Source of the DNA: Eledone cirrhosa
Taxonomy: Eukaryota
Direction of reading: 5' to 3'
Length of the DNA: 64,000 nucleotides
NCBI GenBank assembly: GCA_964016885.1
Contig: OZ024741.1
Span: 75,702,001 to 75,766,000 of the forward strand
A program made the position numbers and the translations under genes. The notes under the pieces were generated by a model. It was not told the origin of the DNA and did not search any database. It saw only the letters and a list, made by a program, of their open reading frames with translations. Shown here piece after piece: positions 25,975 to 38,035 of this stretch. The first letter of the stretch is position 1. Each line of letters starts with the position of its first letter.

Positions 25975-26275
25975 ACTTCCAACTCGTCCCTCATCCACCA
26001 TACATGCCAGATGTTTCACCCTCCAACTTCCACCTGTTCCTAAACATGAAAAAGAATATGGTCAGACAATACTATGCCACAGATGATGACGCCACAGCTG
26101 CTGTGGACACCTACCCGGAGGACCAAACTAAAGAGTTCTACTTCAGCCAAATCCAGGCACTTCAGCACAGGTGGAAGAAGTGTGTGGATTCAAAGGGAGA
26201 CTATGTTGAAAAATAAAACAAGAAAATATTTGTATATGCTGCCATTTCTTGGAACTCAAAACATTGCACCTCGTA
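25975..26275 (+). mobile_element. mariner transposase C-terminal fragment and right end
   Basis: PHPPYMPDVSPSNFHLF (YSPDLAPSD-like) ...LQHRWKKCVDSKGDYVEK*. The terminus is ...CCTCG-TA. Confidence 0.9.
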
Positions 26276-26279
26276 GAAT

Positions 26280-26600
26280 GCACTACAATACACAACACAA
26301 CACTACACTACAATACACTTTACTATACAGTGATATACAACATTACAATATACAACACTATATTACACTACAATACAATACACTACAATATACTACATTA
26401 CAATACACTACAACACTGCATTACACTATAATATACTACACTACACTACACAACACTACATGACAGCATGCTACATTACAACACAATATACTACAATACA
26501 CTACACAACACAACACTACATTACACTACACTACAAAACAATACACTTCATTACACTATGATACACCACACTACCATACACTACATGACAATACTACTAC
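26280..26600 (+). repeat. Degenerate pentamer repeat (ACTAC/ACAAT/ACAAC)n
   Basis: 5-bp periodic low-complexity tract, also seen at 25826-25975. Confidence 0.85.
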
Positions 26601-26912
26601 TTTATTTATCAACCCTATGTACTGAAAGACAAAGTTGCCTCAGACCTCAGAAGACCAGAACAAGTACAAAGGTGTTCAAGAGACACTCTAATAAATCTGG
26701 TAATTTGTTGCCTTAAAAAAATTAAGTACCAGTCAAGTAATGGGAGTCAATATATTTATAATTGACTGTACCCCTCCTCTAAAAAATGTGTGACATTGTC
26801 CCTATTCCAAAAATCAATATTTTCTAAGTTATATCAGGAAGTCAGATCAATTGCATTTATCAATATTTCCTCATAGATAGACATTTCTTCAAACTAATCT
26901 AACCACCCACCA

Positions 26913-26945
<33 letters not shown>

Positions 26946-27309
26946 CTCTTTACACCTTGTCCTCCAATCCTCCTTTATTCTCTGTCTCTCATTTTTTCCT
27001 TACACTCTCTTCTCTCTACCTCATCCCTTCCCTCTCTCTCACTCCAAACTTTGCTCTTTCTCCTCTCTCATTCCACCTTCTCACACTCTCAACTCTTCCC
27101 ATCTCTCTCTCTCCTCACCTCTCTCACCCCTCCCTACCCTCCACCCACTCCCTCTCAGTCATTGCCTTTCTCTCTCCATCTATCAGTAAAGCCATCAATT
27201 ATCCACAGACACTATTAAAGTAGATTTTAAATATATTTAGTCAACAGATGGAAAACGACAATTTTTGAAATACTTTGATTAAGTAAAAGTCAACTTTCTG
27301 TGAGAAATG

Positions 27310-27935
27310 TATGTGTTGTAGAGAAGTATAGTAAAGTGTATTGTAATGAAGTCTAATGCGTAATTTGTTGTAGGGTAGTGTTTTGTAGTATAATATAATG
27401 TGATGTATTGTAATGTAGTGTATTGCATTGTAATGTTCTGTAGTGTGATGTTGTGTAGTGTAATGTAATGTAGTGTATAGTATTTTATATTGTAGGGTTG
27501 TGTATCATAATGTAGTGTGTTGTGTGTGTATTACAGTGTAATGTAGAGTAGTGTAATGTAGTGTTTTGTATTGCAGTGTACTGTATCATAGTGTAGTATA
27601 GTGTACTACACAACACAACACTACACTACATTATGATACACAACCCTACAATATAGATCACTCTACATGTAATGTAGTGTAGTGTTGTATTGTGTGTCCT
27701 GCAATAATATAGTGTACTGTAGTTCAGTGAAGTGTAGTGTATTGCAGGGTAATGTATTGTACTGTAATGTAGTATGTTGTGTAGTGTTGTACATTGTAGT
27801 ATATTGCAGTATATTGTAGTGCAGTGTATTGTAGTGTAGCATATTGTAGTGCAGTGTATTGTAGTGTCATCATCATCATCATCGTTTAACGTCTATCTTC
27901 CACGCTAGCATGTATTATAATGTAATGTAGTAGAG
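27310..27935 (-). repeat. Same pentamer repeat in the opposite orientation (GTAGT/ATTGT)n
   Basis: Reverse-complement composition of 26280-26600, with a locally inverted block at 27605-27655. Confidence 0.85.
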
Positions 27936-28019
27936 GAAGGGGAGGAGGGAGACTACAAGAATAAATTATACTTTATATATTTCTACACTTCATATACAGT
28001 ATATATATGTATTTATAGT

Positions 28020-28248
28020 AATAATAATAAATTTGAAGACTAAAATTCAAAGAGGGCTCGATAAGGATAAATATATATCAGATATATAAGAACCGTAGAG
28101 CAAATATTTATTAAAATAACAGATTAAAGTTTAAGCAAAGAATCGCTGCTTTCACCCTTAATGGGATCTTCTGAGTTTCAGAAGATCCTGTTAAGGGTGA
28201 AAGCAGCGATTCTTTGCTTAAACTTTAATCTGTTATTTTAATAAATAT
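28020..28248 (-). mobile_element. PLE-like 3' end with fold-back hairpin (28104-28248)
   Basis: 71-bp arms with a GTT loop. The arms contain the hammerhead-like CAGAAGA-T-CCC-ATTAA-GGG-T-GAAA. The tail at 28020-28110 is the reverse complement of 43517-43607. Confidence 0.65.
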
Positions 28249-28260
28249 ATATATATATAT

Positions 28261-30845
28261 TTCGACAGTCAGGAAGAGCAATTAGAGTCGTATAATATAG
28301 AGGAACAGTGGGAATTCCTGAGAGCAAACCTGCTGATGGCGGCAGACGAAGTCTGTGGCTGGAGCAGGCTTGTAGGTGGGAGGAGAGTAACATGGTGGTG
28401 GAACAGTAAGGTGGAGGAGTCAATTAAGGCCAAAAAGCAGGCTTGGAAAGTATGGCGGTATGGGGGAAGTAGAGAAGACTATCAAGTGGCCAGGAGGAAA
28501 GCTAGGAGACAAGTGTACTTCGCAAGAAGGGAAGCAGAGGAAAGAAAGTTCAAGCATGTTCTACAACGTGAGGACCAAAAACGTGAGGTGTTCAGGATTG
28601 CCAGGCAATGTGTCAAGGAAAACCGTGATATTGTCGGGGAGAAGTGTGTACTTAACGATGATGGCATACTTGCCATCACCGACGCTGATAAGAAGGTAGC
28701 TTGGAAGTGTCACTACGAAAGGCTTCTAAATGAGGAGAATAAATGGGAGAAAGACAGTCTCCCCCACATCGACCCAATAGAGGGACCAGCAGTGTTAGTC
28801 CAGGGTAGTACAATAAGCAAGGCAATCAAAGATATGAAGACGGGTAAGGCGGCTGGTCCTTCGGAAATAGTTGCTGAGATGCTGAAGGCATCTGGTTCGG
28901 TGGGACACACCATGGTCACCCGCATAGTTAACCAAGTCGTACAGAATGGGGTTGTTCCGAAGGACTGGCGTAGCAGCATCATCGTTACCTGCTATAAGGG
29001 AAAAGGAGATGCCCTAGATAGGAGTAACTATAGAGGCATTAAATTAATCGACCAGGTCATGAAGGTCACGGAAAAAGTAATAGCGCAACTAATCAGAGAG
29101 AGAATTGATCTAGATGAAATGCAGTTCGGGTTTGTGTCAGGCAAAAGTACCACAGACGCTCTTTTCATCGTACGACAACTACAGGAGAAGTACCTAGCTA
29201 AAAGTAAACCCCTATACTTAGCTTTCGTCGACTTGGAGAAAGCCTTCGACAGAGTCCCCCGTTCCATTATCTGGTGGTCTCTTAGAAAACTAGGTGTTGA
29301 CGAATGGCTTGTGAGAGCTATACAAGCCATGTATAAAGAAACAGTCAGTAAGGTTAGAATTAACAACGAATATAGTGAAGAGTTTAGCGTAAAAGTTGGT
29401 GTCCATCAGGGCTCTGTTCTTAGCCCCCTACTATTTATTATTGCCCTTCAGGCTATAACAGAGGAGTTCAAGACCGGCTGCCCATGGGAACTCCTATACG
29501 CAGATGATCTAACGTTCATAGCTGAATCAATGACCGAACTAGAGAAGAAATTCCAAACATGGAAGCACGGCCTAGAATCAAAGGGCCTTAAAATTAACCT
29601 GGCTAAGACTAAAGTTCTAGTTTGTAGGAAAGAAAATAAGGCGGCGGTCCCTTCTGGGAAATGGCCATGCTCAGTGTGTAGGAAAGGCGTAGGTAGAAAC
29701 TCCATTTTATGTCCCAAATGCAAAGTATGGGTGCATAAAAGATGTAGTGGGATCACAGGTAAGCTAACTAAGAACATAGATTTTACATGTGGCCGGTGCT
29801 CTGGTGCAATAAGTAGCAGCAAGTGCCCACAAATACTAGCTCCTTCAACTGCGCAGAGGGTTCTATAGAAATAGTGGACAGCTTCCGTTACCTGGGTGAC
29901 AAAATCAGCAGTGGGGGAGGGTGCTCTGAAAGTACTGTAGCTAGAGTCAGAACTGGATGGAAAAAGTTCAGAGAGCTTATACCACTATTAGCCGCTAGAG
30001 GGTTCTCCCTAAAAATGAAAGGCAGGTTATATGATGCCTGCATACGAACAGCAATGCTGCATGGCAGTGAGACCTGAGCATTGTGTGCAGAGGATATACG
30101 CAGACTAGAGAGGAACGAAGCTTGCATGCTCCGCTGGATGTGCAATAGTAATATACGTGAACAGCAAAGCATAAACGAACTAAGGAAAAAATTAGAAATA
30201 AGAGGGATCAGATGTTGTTTACTCGAGAGAAGGCTACGTTGGTACGGTCACGTGATGCGCATGAAAGACGACAGCTGTATAACAAAGTGCAGGGCAATAA
30301 AGATAGACGGTAGCCACGGAGTAGGCAGACCCAGAAAAACTTGGGACGACATGATAAATTCTGACCTCACACGCTTACACCTCTCCAAGACAATGTCACT
30401 GGACCGAGACCTTTGGCGGTACTCAGTAATAGAGAAGACCCGCCTTACCTAAATACAAAGTAAAAACCTACTACAGTCAGTAGGCATCTCTATCAAAACA
30501 CACCCCCGTCCCACCACCTCCACCCCATCCACACCGCCCCTTTTAATGTAAAGTTATGTTGGTCCCACAACATCCAGTCCGAAAAAAATGAGGTCGTGTA
30601 GGTGTCACGACAAAAAAACACACAGTCCACGCTGTAAGGTGGCCGTGTAGGTAACACGGTAAAAACCTCCCAGTCCACACTGTAAATGTGGTTGGTGTTA
30701 GGAAGGGCATCCAGCTGTAGAAAACCCGCCAGACAGTCCTATGCGAGCAAGACAACCACTCTTGCCTCAAGTGGGAAAACCCCCGTCCAAACCCATGCAA
30801 GCGTGGAACACGGACGCTAAACCCGATGATGATGATGATGATGAT
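28261..30845 (+). mobile_element. 5'-truncated RTE-A copy (RT, PHD, 3' UTR)
   Basis: ORFs 28336-29868, 29823-30077 and 30081-30452 are near-identical to the 10724-13174 protein. There is a 1-bp frameshift near 29830 and TGG>TGA at 30075. (GAT)n tail and (TA)n flanks. Confidence 0.96.
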
Positions 30846-30970
30846 ATATATATATTAATAAAAGGAATTCCAGCTTTGTCTGATTTACTCGTTTTATTTA
30901 CAATCCTTTAAAATTTATAATGGTATTAGAATGAAATAGTATGATAGAATATTAAATGTTAAGTGTTAAT

Positions 30971-31009
30971 TGAACAAGTACTTTCATGCTTTCGCAATCT
31001 TCAGGTTCA
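30971..31009 (-). ncRNA. Minimal type I hammerhead ribozyme
   Basis: Minus strand reads TGAAC CTGAAGA T-TGC-GAAA-GCA-T GAAA GTAC TT GTTCA. Stem I is TGAAC/GTTCA, stem II is GNRA-capped, and the stem III loop is the palindrome GTAC. Confidence 0.8.
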
Positions 31010-31112
31010 TATTCTGTGGTGACAGTCAAGTTTGCAATTTTCAACTGTGAAAATTTCGACAGTTGAATTTTCGACAGTTGAAAATTGCAAACTTGACTGT
31101 CACCACATAATA

Positions 31113-31151
31113 TGAACCTGAAGATTGTGAAAGCATGAAAGTACTTGTTCA
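31113..31151 (+). ncRNA. Minimal type I hammerhead ribozyme
   Basis: TGAAC CTGAAGA T-TGT-GAAA-GCA-T GAAA GTAC TT GTTCA. The C>T change in stem II still allows a U-G pair. Confidence 0.78.
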
Positions 31152-31423
31152 ATTAACACTTAACATTTAATATTCTATCATATTATTCTATTCTAATACC
31201 ATTATAAATTTTAAAGGATTGTAAATAAAACGAGTAAATCAGACAAGGTTGGAATTCTTTTTATTAATATAATCTTCTATACACAATCATACACACCCGT
31301 GTATATTTATATATATATATATATAGTGGTAGAACACTGGAAGGTAATATCCGTAGTGGTACAGCACTCAGTCCATGGGACGAGTTAGGTAGGAGTGGTT
31401 ACACAACAGTTAATTCATCATGC

Positions 31424-31461
31424 CAAGAACAATTGTTTCACCTTAGCGGATCCTCAGCTCG
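31424..31461 (-). ncRNA. Minimal type I hammerhead ribozyme (inverted arm)
   Basis: Minus strand reads CGAG CTGAGGA T-CC-GCTAA-GG-T GAAAC AATT GTT CTTG. Stem I is CGAG/CTTG with a G-U pair. Confidence 0.78.
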
Positions 31462-31765
31462 TAATGGGCATGGTTATACGGAACAGGAAGGACAACCGTA
31501 CGAACGCGCATGCGCAGAAACCCGTCACTTCACACAGGCAATACTAAAATGCGTGCGAGAGGTGTAAGGGAGATAACTGCTAAAGTCCGAAAGGTTTTTA
31601 GTTGATAAGAAAAAATATTGATGTTGCTACAATAATTCATTCAATCCGGAGCTTTGTAGTTATGCAATAGGTGTTTCGAGACATGTGGACAAATTCATTT
31701 TTCGTGTTTAGGCAATCACTATTGCATAATCTCTTTAGAATATTTATTCGTTCGTCAATACACAG

Positions 31766-32611
31766 GCCACTGTTTTTAGAAACTTCGTAAATAATATAAG
31801 TACTAAAATCTCAAACCTCTCCTCTAATAAGGCTATCTTTGACAGGGCGGCACCCTACTCTAACACGGAGTTAGCTAACAGCGGCTTCTCGCAACCTATC
31901 ACTTACTCTCCCACTATCAACAACAGCAATAAGAAAAGAAAGCGCAACAATAGACAAACTATCTGGTTCTCTCCTCCCTTCTCACTCAACGTTAAAACCA
32001 ATGTAGGCAAAAAATGTCTAGCCCTCTTAGATAGACACTTTCCCATAGGTCATAAATACCGCTCCATCTTTAACCGATACAAAATAAAACTAGGATACTC
32101 CTGCGCTAAGAACATGAAGGCCCACATCACCAGCAGCCCTAGGAGCAACACCCCACCAGAGTGCTCTTGCCGTAAGATTGAAGCTTGCCCCCTTCAACAG
32201 CAATGTAACACACCAGCTGTAATTTATGAAGCTGTGGTCACTTCCAACCAACCAAATCAACCACAGGAGGTCAAATCCTATGTGGGCATGGCGGAGGGCC
32301 GATTTAAGGAACGTTTCCTGAACCATCAGTCGACCTTTAGGTATCCGGACAGACGTTCATCCACGAAACTGGTGAGCCACGTATGGTCCCTCAAGGACTC
32401 AAGTATAGACTACTCCATTCAATGGAAAGCCATCACTAAGTCCAAACAATACGCAAGGGGAAATCCGTCGTGTGCACTGTGTATTGACGAACGAATAAAT
32501 ATTCTAAAGAGATTATGCAATAGTGATTGCCTAAACACGAGAAATGAATGTTTCACACGTTGTCCAGACGTCTCAAAACACCTATTGCATAACTACAAAG
32601 CCCCGGATTGA
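31766..32611 (+). pseudogene. PLE RT thumb/linker and GIY-YIG endonuclease, open but 5'-truncated
   Basis: Frame is open upstream of ORF 32114: KISNLSS...IWFSPPFSLNVKTNVGKK.L.LLDRHFP..H....IFNR..IKLGYSC. Then CSCRKIEACPLQQQC, VIYEA..YVG.AEGRFKERF.NH, CALC.DE...I....LNTRNE. Confidence 0.92.
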
Positions 32612-32790
32612 ATGAATTATTGTAACAACATCAATATTTTTTCTTATCAACTAAAAACTTTTCGGACTTTCGCAGTTATCTCCCTTACACCTCTCGCACG
32701 CATTTTAGTATTGCCTGTGTGAAGTGACGGGTTTCTGCGCATGCGCGTTCGTACGGTTGTCCTTCCTGTTCCGTATAACCATGCCCATTA

Positions 32791-32828
32791 CGAGCTGAGG
32801 ATCCGCTAAGGTGAAACAATTGTTCTCG
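32791..32828 (+). ncRNA. Minimal type I hammerhead ribozyme in the PLE 3' pseudo-LTR
   Basis: CGAG CTGAGGA T-CC-GCTAA-GG-T GAAAC AATT GTT CTCG. Perfect stem I, both core boxes, a palindromic AATT loop and a GUU site. Confidence 0.85.
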
Positions 32829-32860
32829 GTATGATGAACTAACTGTTGTGTAACCACTCC

Positions 32861-32920
<60 letters not shown>

Positions 32921-32940
32921 TAAGACTAAAGTCTTAGACA

Positions 32941-34172
32941 TGTCTAAGACTAAAGTTCTAGTTTGTAGGAAAATAGGGCACCGGTCCCATCTGGGAAATG
33001 GCCATGTTCAGTGTGTAGGAAAGGAGTAGGCAGAAACTCCATTTTATGTCCCAAATGCAAAGTATGGGTGCATAAAAGATGTAGTGGGATCACAGGTAAG
33101 CTAACTAAGAATATAGATTTTATATGTGGCTAGTGCTCAGGTGCAATAAGTAGCAGCAAGTGCCCACAGAATACTAGCTCATTCCATTGCACAGATGGTT
33201 CTATAGAAATAGTTGACACCTTCCGTTACCTGGGTGACAAAATCAGCAGTGGTGGAGGGTGCTCTGAAAGTACAGTAGCTAGAGTCAGAACGGGATGGAA
33301 AAAGTTCAGAGAGCTTATACCACTATTGGCTGCTAAAGAGTTCTCTCTAAAAATGAAAGGCAGGCTGTATGATGCCTGCATACGAACAGCAATATAACAT
33401 GGCAGTGAGACTTGGGCATTGTGTGAAGAGGATATACGCAGACTGGAGAGGAACAAAGCTTGCATGCTCCGCTGGATGTGTAATAGTAATATACGTGAAC
33501 GCCAAAGCATAAACGAACTAAGGGAGAAATTAGGAATAAGAGGGATCAGATGTCGTTTACTCGAGAGAAGACTACATTGGTACGGTCACGTGATGCGCAT
33601 GAAAGACGACAGCTGTATAAAAAAGTGCAGGGCGATAAAAATAGACGGTAGCCACAGAGTAGGCAGACCCAGAAAAACCTGGGATGACTTGATAAATTCC
33701 AACCTCACACACTTACACCTCTCCAAGACACTGTCACTGGACCGAGACCTTTGGCGCTACACAGTAATACAGAAGACCCGCCTTGCCTAAGTACAAAGTG
33801 AAACCTACAGTCAGTAGGCACCTCTAACAAAAATACACCCACTTCCCACTACTCCCCACCCCATCCACACCACCACTTTCAATGTAAAGTTATGTTGGTA
33901 CCACAACATCCAGTCCGAAATAAATGAGGTCGTGTAGGTGTCACGACAAAAAAACACACAGTCCACGCTGTAATGTGGCCGTGTAGGTAACACGGTAAAA
34001 ACTTCCCAGACCCACACTGTAAACGTGGTTAATGTTAGGAAGGGCATCTAGCCGTAGAAAAACCTGCCAGACAGTCCTATACAAGCAAGACAACCAATCT
34101 TGCCTCAAGTGGGACAATTCCTGTCTAAACCCATGCTAGCGTGGAAGATAGATGTTAAACGATGATGATGAT
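32941..34172 (+). mobile_element. 5'-truncated RTE-A copy
   Basis: Near-identical to 12321-13695, with stops. ORF 33419-33790. (GAT)n tail and (TA)n flanks. Confidence 0.95.
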
Positions 34173-34198
34173 AATATATATATATATATTGCCAGAAT

Positions 34199-34318
34199 CA
34201 GTTCCCATATGAGCAAGACAAGGTCAGCCGACCCATCAATGCCCACAACAGGACAATCCGTCTAACCCATGCTAGCATGAAAGAACGGGCGTAAAATTGT
34301 GATGATGATGATGATGAT
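34199..34318 (+). mobile_element. RTE tail-only insertion (older subfamily, like 1304-1430)
   Basis: GAGCAAGACAAGGTCAG...CCCATGCTAGCATG...(GAT)n between TA tracts. Confidence 0.75.
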
Positions 34319-34620
34319 ATATATATATGTATATATGTATATAAGTAGAAGGGATATTTAATTTGTTGGAAATACAACAAATATTTATAACTGATGATGA
34401 TGATCATCATCATGATTCAGAGCATGATGACAGATTTCTGGAGTAAATATTCAATGATATGACAACTATATTTATAAAACTATATTTATTCAATTATATA
34501 TATTTCAAGGGTACCATCAGGTAAAATACAAAAAGTTTTATAAAAATTTGACATGACCAAGGATAATATACCTTAACGATTCAAGTTAATGGTTCAAGTT
34601 ATCCAGGGATAACTTGAACT

Positions 34621-36345
34621 GTTAAGGTATATTATCCTTGGTCATGTCAAATTTTTATAAAACTTTTTGTATTCTATCTGATGATTTACTAAAAATCCAA
34701 TCCACAAAGAGTAACAAGAAAACTATTGATACATATAATGCCACACTGTAAAAATTCCTCAGTGTTGGGGATCATTAATATATAAGTAAGCTAAACTGCA
34801 TTATATACACAACAGGACTAGCTGTAACTGAAAACCTGAACATAAAGACATTAAAAAATCATGCATAACAGGCATAAAGAGCCTGCCTGGAAAGTAAATA
34901 TAAAGAAAGAAATAGAGGTACTGAGAAGTGACATTTCCATACTTCATGAAATGTCAAATGGGGTTCAAATGGCTACCTTGAAATCCAGAAAAGTAAAAAG
35001 AAAATACAAACATATCACAAATAAATAAAAACAACATTGAAGCAAAGAATTCAAGTGAAATCATAAAGGTTAAGGTGATATGAAAGAAAAAAGAACAACA
35101 TTTTTTAGGCAAAACAAGATTCTTGAAACAGATGACAAAAGGTTCAACAGAGAAATAGGAAAACAAGAAATAGAAATAAAAAAGCCACTCTCAATGTAAA
35201 AGGTACAAAAATTCTGGGAAAACATCTGGAGTAATCCATAGGAACACAATGAAAATACTGAGTGAATTGAATGGCAAAAAGTATGAATGAAGGATATACC
35301 AATACAAGAGTGGAATGATATCACAAAAGAAAATGTTAAAATTGCTTTGAAGAAATCTCTAAAGTGTAATCACCTGGCAATGATAACGGGCCAAACTTGA
35401 CTTCACCACCTTACATCTACAGCTGGATCAATAAAATGGAACAACATTCCTTTTACCTCAAAATGAAGGAACTGAAACCCAGCAATTACAGACCAATAAC
35501 GTACCTGTCCACTACATATAAACTTTTGACATCAATAATCAATTACCCGATGTATTCATTTCTGAAAGAAAACAATATCTTAACAATAGACCAAAAGGGA
35601 TGTGAACAGGAATCATATGGTTGTAAGGACCAACTACAAATAAACAAAATGATACTGGAAAACTGCTCTGCAGAGAAAAGAAACCTCAAAGAAAACCAAA
35701 ATAACTGTAAGATCCAATACAGACTTAGATATAAACAATTTTTTTTTTAATTGTCAAGAGGTGGAGAGGGGCCTACAAATTGTTTATGTTCAATAAATGT
35801 GAGAGGATAAGTCACACCCAAATGAAAGAAAAAATCATAAAGGAGTAGTTTAGGTGGGTACAACTTATTTTAAATACAGAGCTCAATTCAAAGAATAGAA
35901 TATCTGTAATAAACAGCTTGGCTGAATCTGTTGTTCAGTATAGCTTTAACACAATTAACTGGGCAGTGCAAGAAATTGAAAGAATGGATACTAAAACCCA
36001 TAAACTTTTCCCTTGTCATCATCATCATCATCGTTTAATGTCCATCAACGTGGATATTGATCAACTCAACCTGCCCTGGTGTTAGGCAGGTAGAGGTCTA
36101 ATACAATGGAGCTGTCTTACAATTGTCCTGCACCAATATCTTGAAGCAACCAATGAAATATACAATAAGCTCAACTCCGTGGTCAAAGAAAGCATAAAAT
36201 ATAAACAGGTAATAAATCTAAACACAGTTGAGACACAGGAAACTCCTCTACTGCCAACAATGACAGCAAAAGCAATAAAATGTGTAGAAAAGGAAGCAAC
36301 CCTTGAACAGATGAAAATAAAATGGCAATATAAACCTCCACATGG
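34621..36345 (+). mobile_element. Degenerate R4/Dong-like LINE with internal deletions and a 5' fold-back (34515-34683)
   Basis: ORF 35397-35750 PSNYRPITYLSTTYKLLTSI...DQKGC...YGCKDQL.INKMILE. Also ELNSKNRISVINSLA and GRGLIQ...KWQYKPPHG. Confidence 0.82.
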
Positions 36346-37639
36346 TTCTGGTCTATTCATTCCATCTCGATTGAGAGATAGTAGAAAAGCAAGAAATTCC
36401 TATAAAATCCCTTATAAACATAACTTACTCTTTTAAGAAAACTCTCTGTACTGATAGAAAGTGTATAGTCTTCAAAGTAAACCAACAGATAAACTGTAAA
36501 AATAAAAATGTCGTTTATATCATAAGATGCACAGAAGGACAATGTAGAAATATGACCACAATATATGTAGGTGAGATGGCTCACAGTAAAAGGATGAAGA
36601 AGCACTGGTGAGAACTCCAAGGCAAGAAAAATTCATTAGTACCCTACTATATAAAATAAATATGTATCTTCTCTACTGCCTTGAGTATCTTATTTAACAT
36701 GGTTTCTTCCTGACCCCTTTGAAAAACCATTCTTAATTTTATATATCAACATCATCATCACCATCATCATAATTTTTACGTCTGTTCTTCCACACTTGCA
36801 TAGATTAGATGGGGCATTTTCAGCACAGCATCTTTCCACTAGCCACGTTCCTTCAACATGTATGTATATTCATATTTCCTGATGTATTTAAGGTTATTAC
36901 ATATCCATTAATGACTAAAACAAGTAAAAGATTAACTAATTAATGCTTCTATGATGTTCTGTTTACATCCATCTGATTTATCTCTTGAAGCTATTGGTAG
37001 CCAGTGAAGTAGAACTGTAGTTTATGGACAATTTTCAGGGGTGTAGAGCATTTCCTTTCACTATAATCTATCTGCTGCTGCTGCTTCGATCAAGGACATT
37101 AAAGTGTGTATATGTAATATTGTATATTTAGTGTTGAGTGGAGATTGGCTTCATGAACTGTGTGTGTGTGTATATAAGTTTGTGTGTCTGTATGTTGTTG
37201 CATGCGGGTAACCTTCATAGTATGTGTGTATATGGGTGTGTGCATATGTTTGTGTGTATGTTTGTGTGTGTGCGTATGTGTGTATTGTAAGTAGGTGAAC
37301 TTCATGGTATGTGTGTATATGTTTGGTACTGTCTATAGGCATTTGTGTGCAAGTATTTGTGTATGCCTGTAAGTGGACTCCATTGTTTGTTATTGTGGTA
37401 GGTATGTGTATATGTGTGTAGATGACTCTATGGTGTGTGTGCATGTGTGCCAACTCTCAACATTTTATAAGTTAACAAGTAATGTGTTGAAAATTGTATA
37501 TATCTCCATAGAAATATACCTTATGACAGTAGCATCGATAATGAAATTGAGCGATGAATACATGCGGAAAGACTCTGAAGTGCACTGAGAGAAATGATCA
37601 AAAGCTCAAGAATCTATCCAAATTGCTGTGTCCAAGGCA

Positions 37640-38035
37640 ACAGAAGTGAAATTCCTTACATACTGCAATGTGACATAAATAGTTCACTATTACCATCACT
37701 TGCAGCTAAAGTCCTTTCATTTAAAAACACTCTGTCAGATACTCAAGATTGTTTGGCAAGATAGAATATCAAACCTGAAAGTCTTTGGATTCCCCTGAAT
37801 AACTAACATGGAAATAATCCTTGCCTATTTAAAGTTGTCCTATGTGAGACATGTTGTCAGGATAGTTAAGAACAGTTTACCCAAAGTCATCCTTTCAGGT
37901 AAGCTTACATGTGGAGCAAGACTGCAGAACAGACAGAAAAAGTGATTCAAGGATGATCTTCAATACACCTTGAAACACTGCAAAATTCCATTGTCTAGCT
38001 GGGAAGATGCAGCAAAGAACTGGCATAACTGGTAC
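37640..38035 (+). mobile_element. Degenerate RTE (BovB-like) 3' coding remnant
   Basis: QLKSFH...QILKIVWQDRISN...HVVR....LPKVILSG.L..G.R...QKK*FKDDL...LK.C.I....WEDAA.N...W. Confidence 0.7.

Larger units (their letters stand above)
30852..31305 (+). mobile_element. ORF-less PLE pseudo-LTR with inverted 5' copy (arms of about 200 bp)
   Basis: 30852-31048 is the reverse complement of about 31074-31270. Each arm carries a hammerhead and an AATAAA. (TA)n flanks. Confidence 0.8.
31326..32861 (+). mobile_element. 5'-truncated Penelope-like element (Naiad-type) with inverted 5' pseudo-LTR
   Basis: 31390-31764 is the reverse complement of about 32477-32861. Internal thumb/linker and GIY-YIG ORF. 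Hammerheads in both arms. (TA)n flanks. Confidence 0.92.

Noticed and set aside
31766-32611. Selenoprotein-type Naiad element (UGA at conserved Cys)
   Set aside because: There is no in-frame TGA before the terminal stop, and the cysteines use normal codons.
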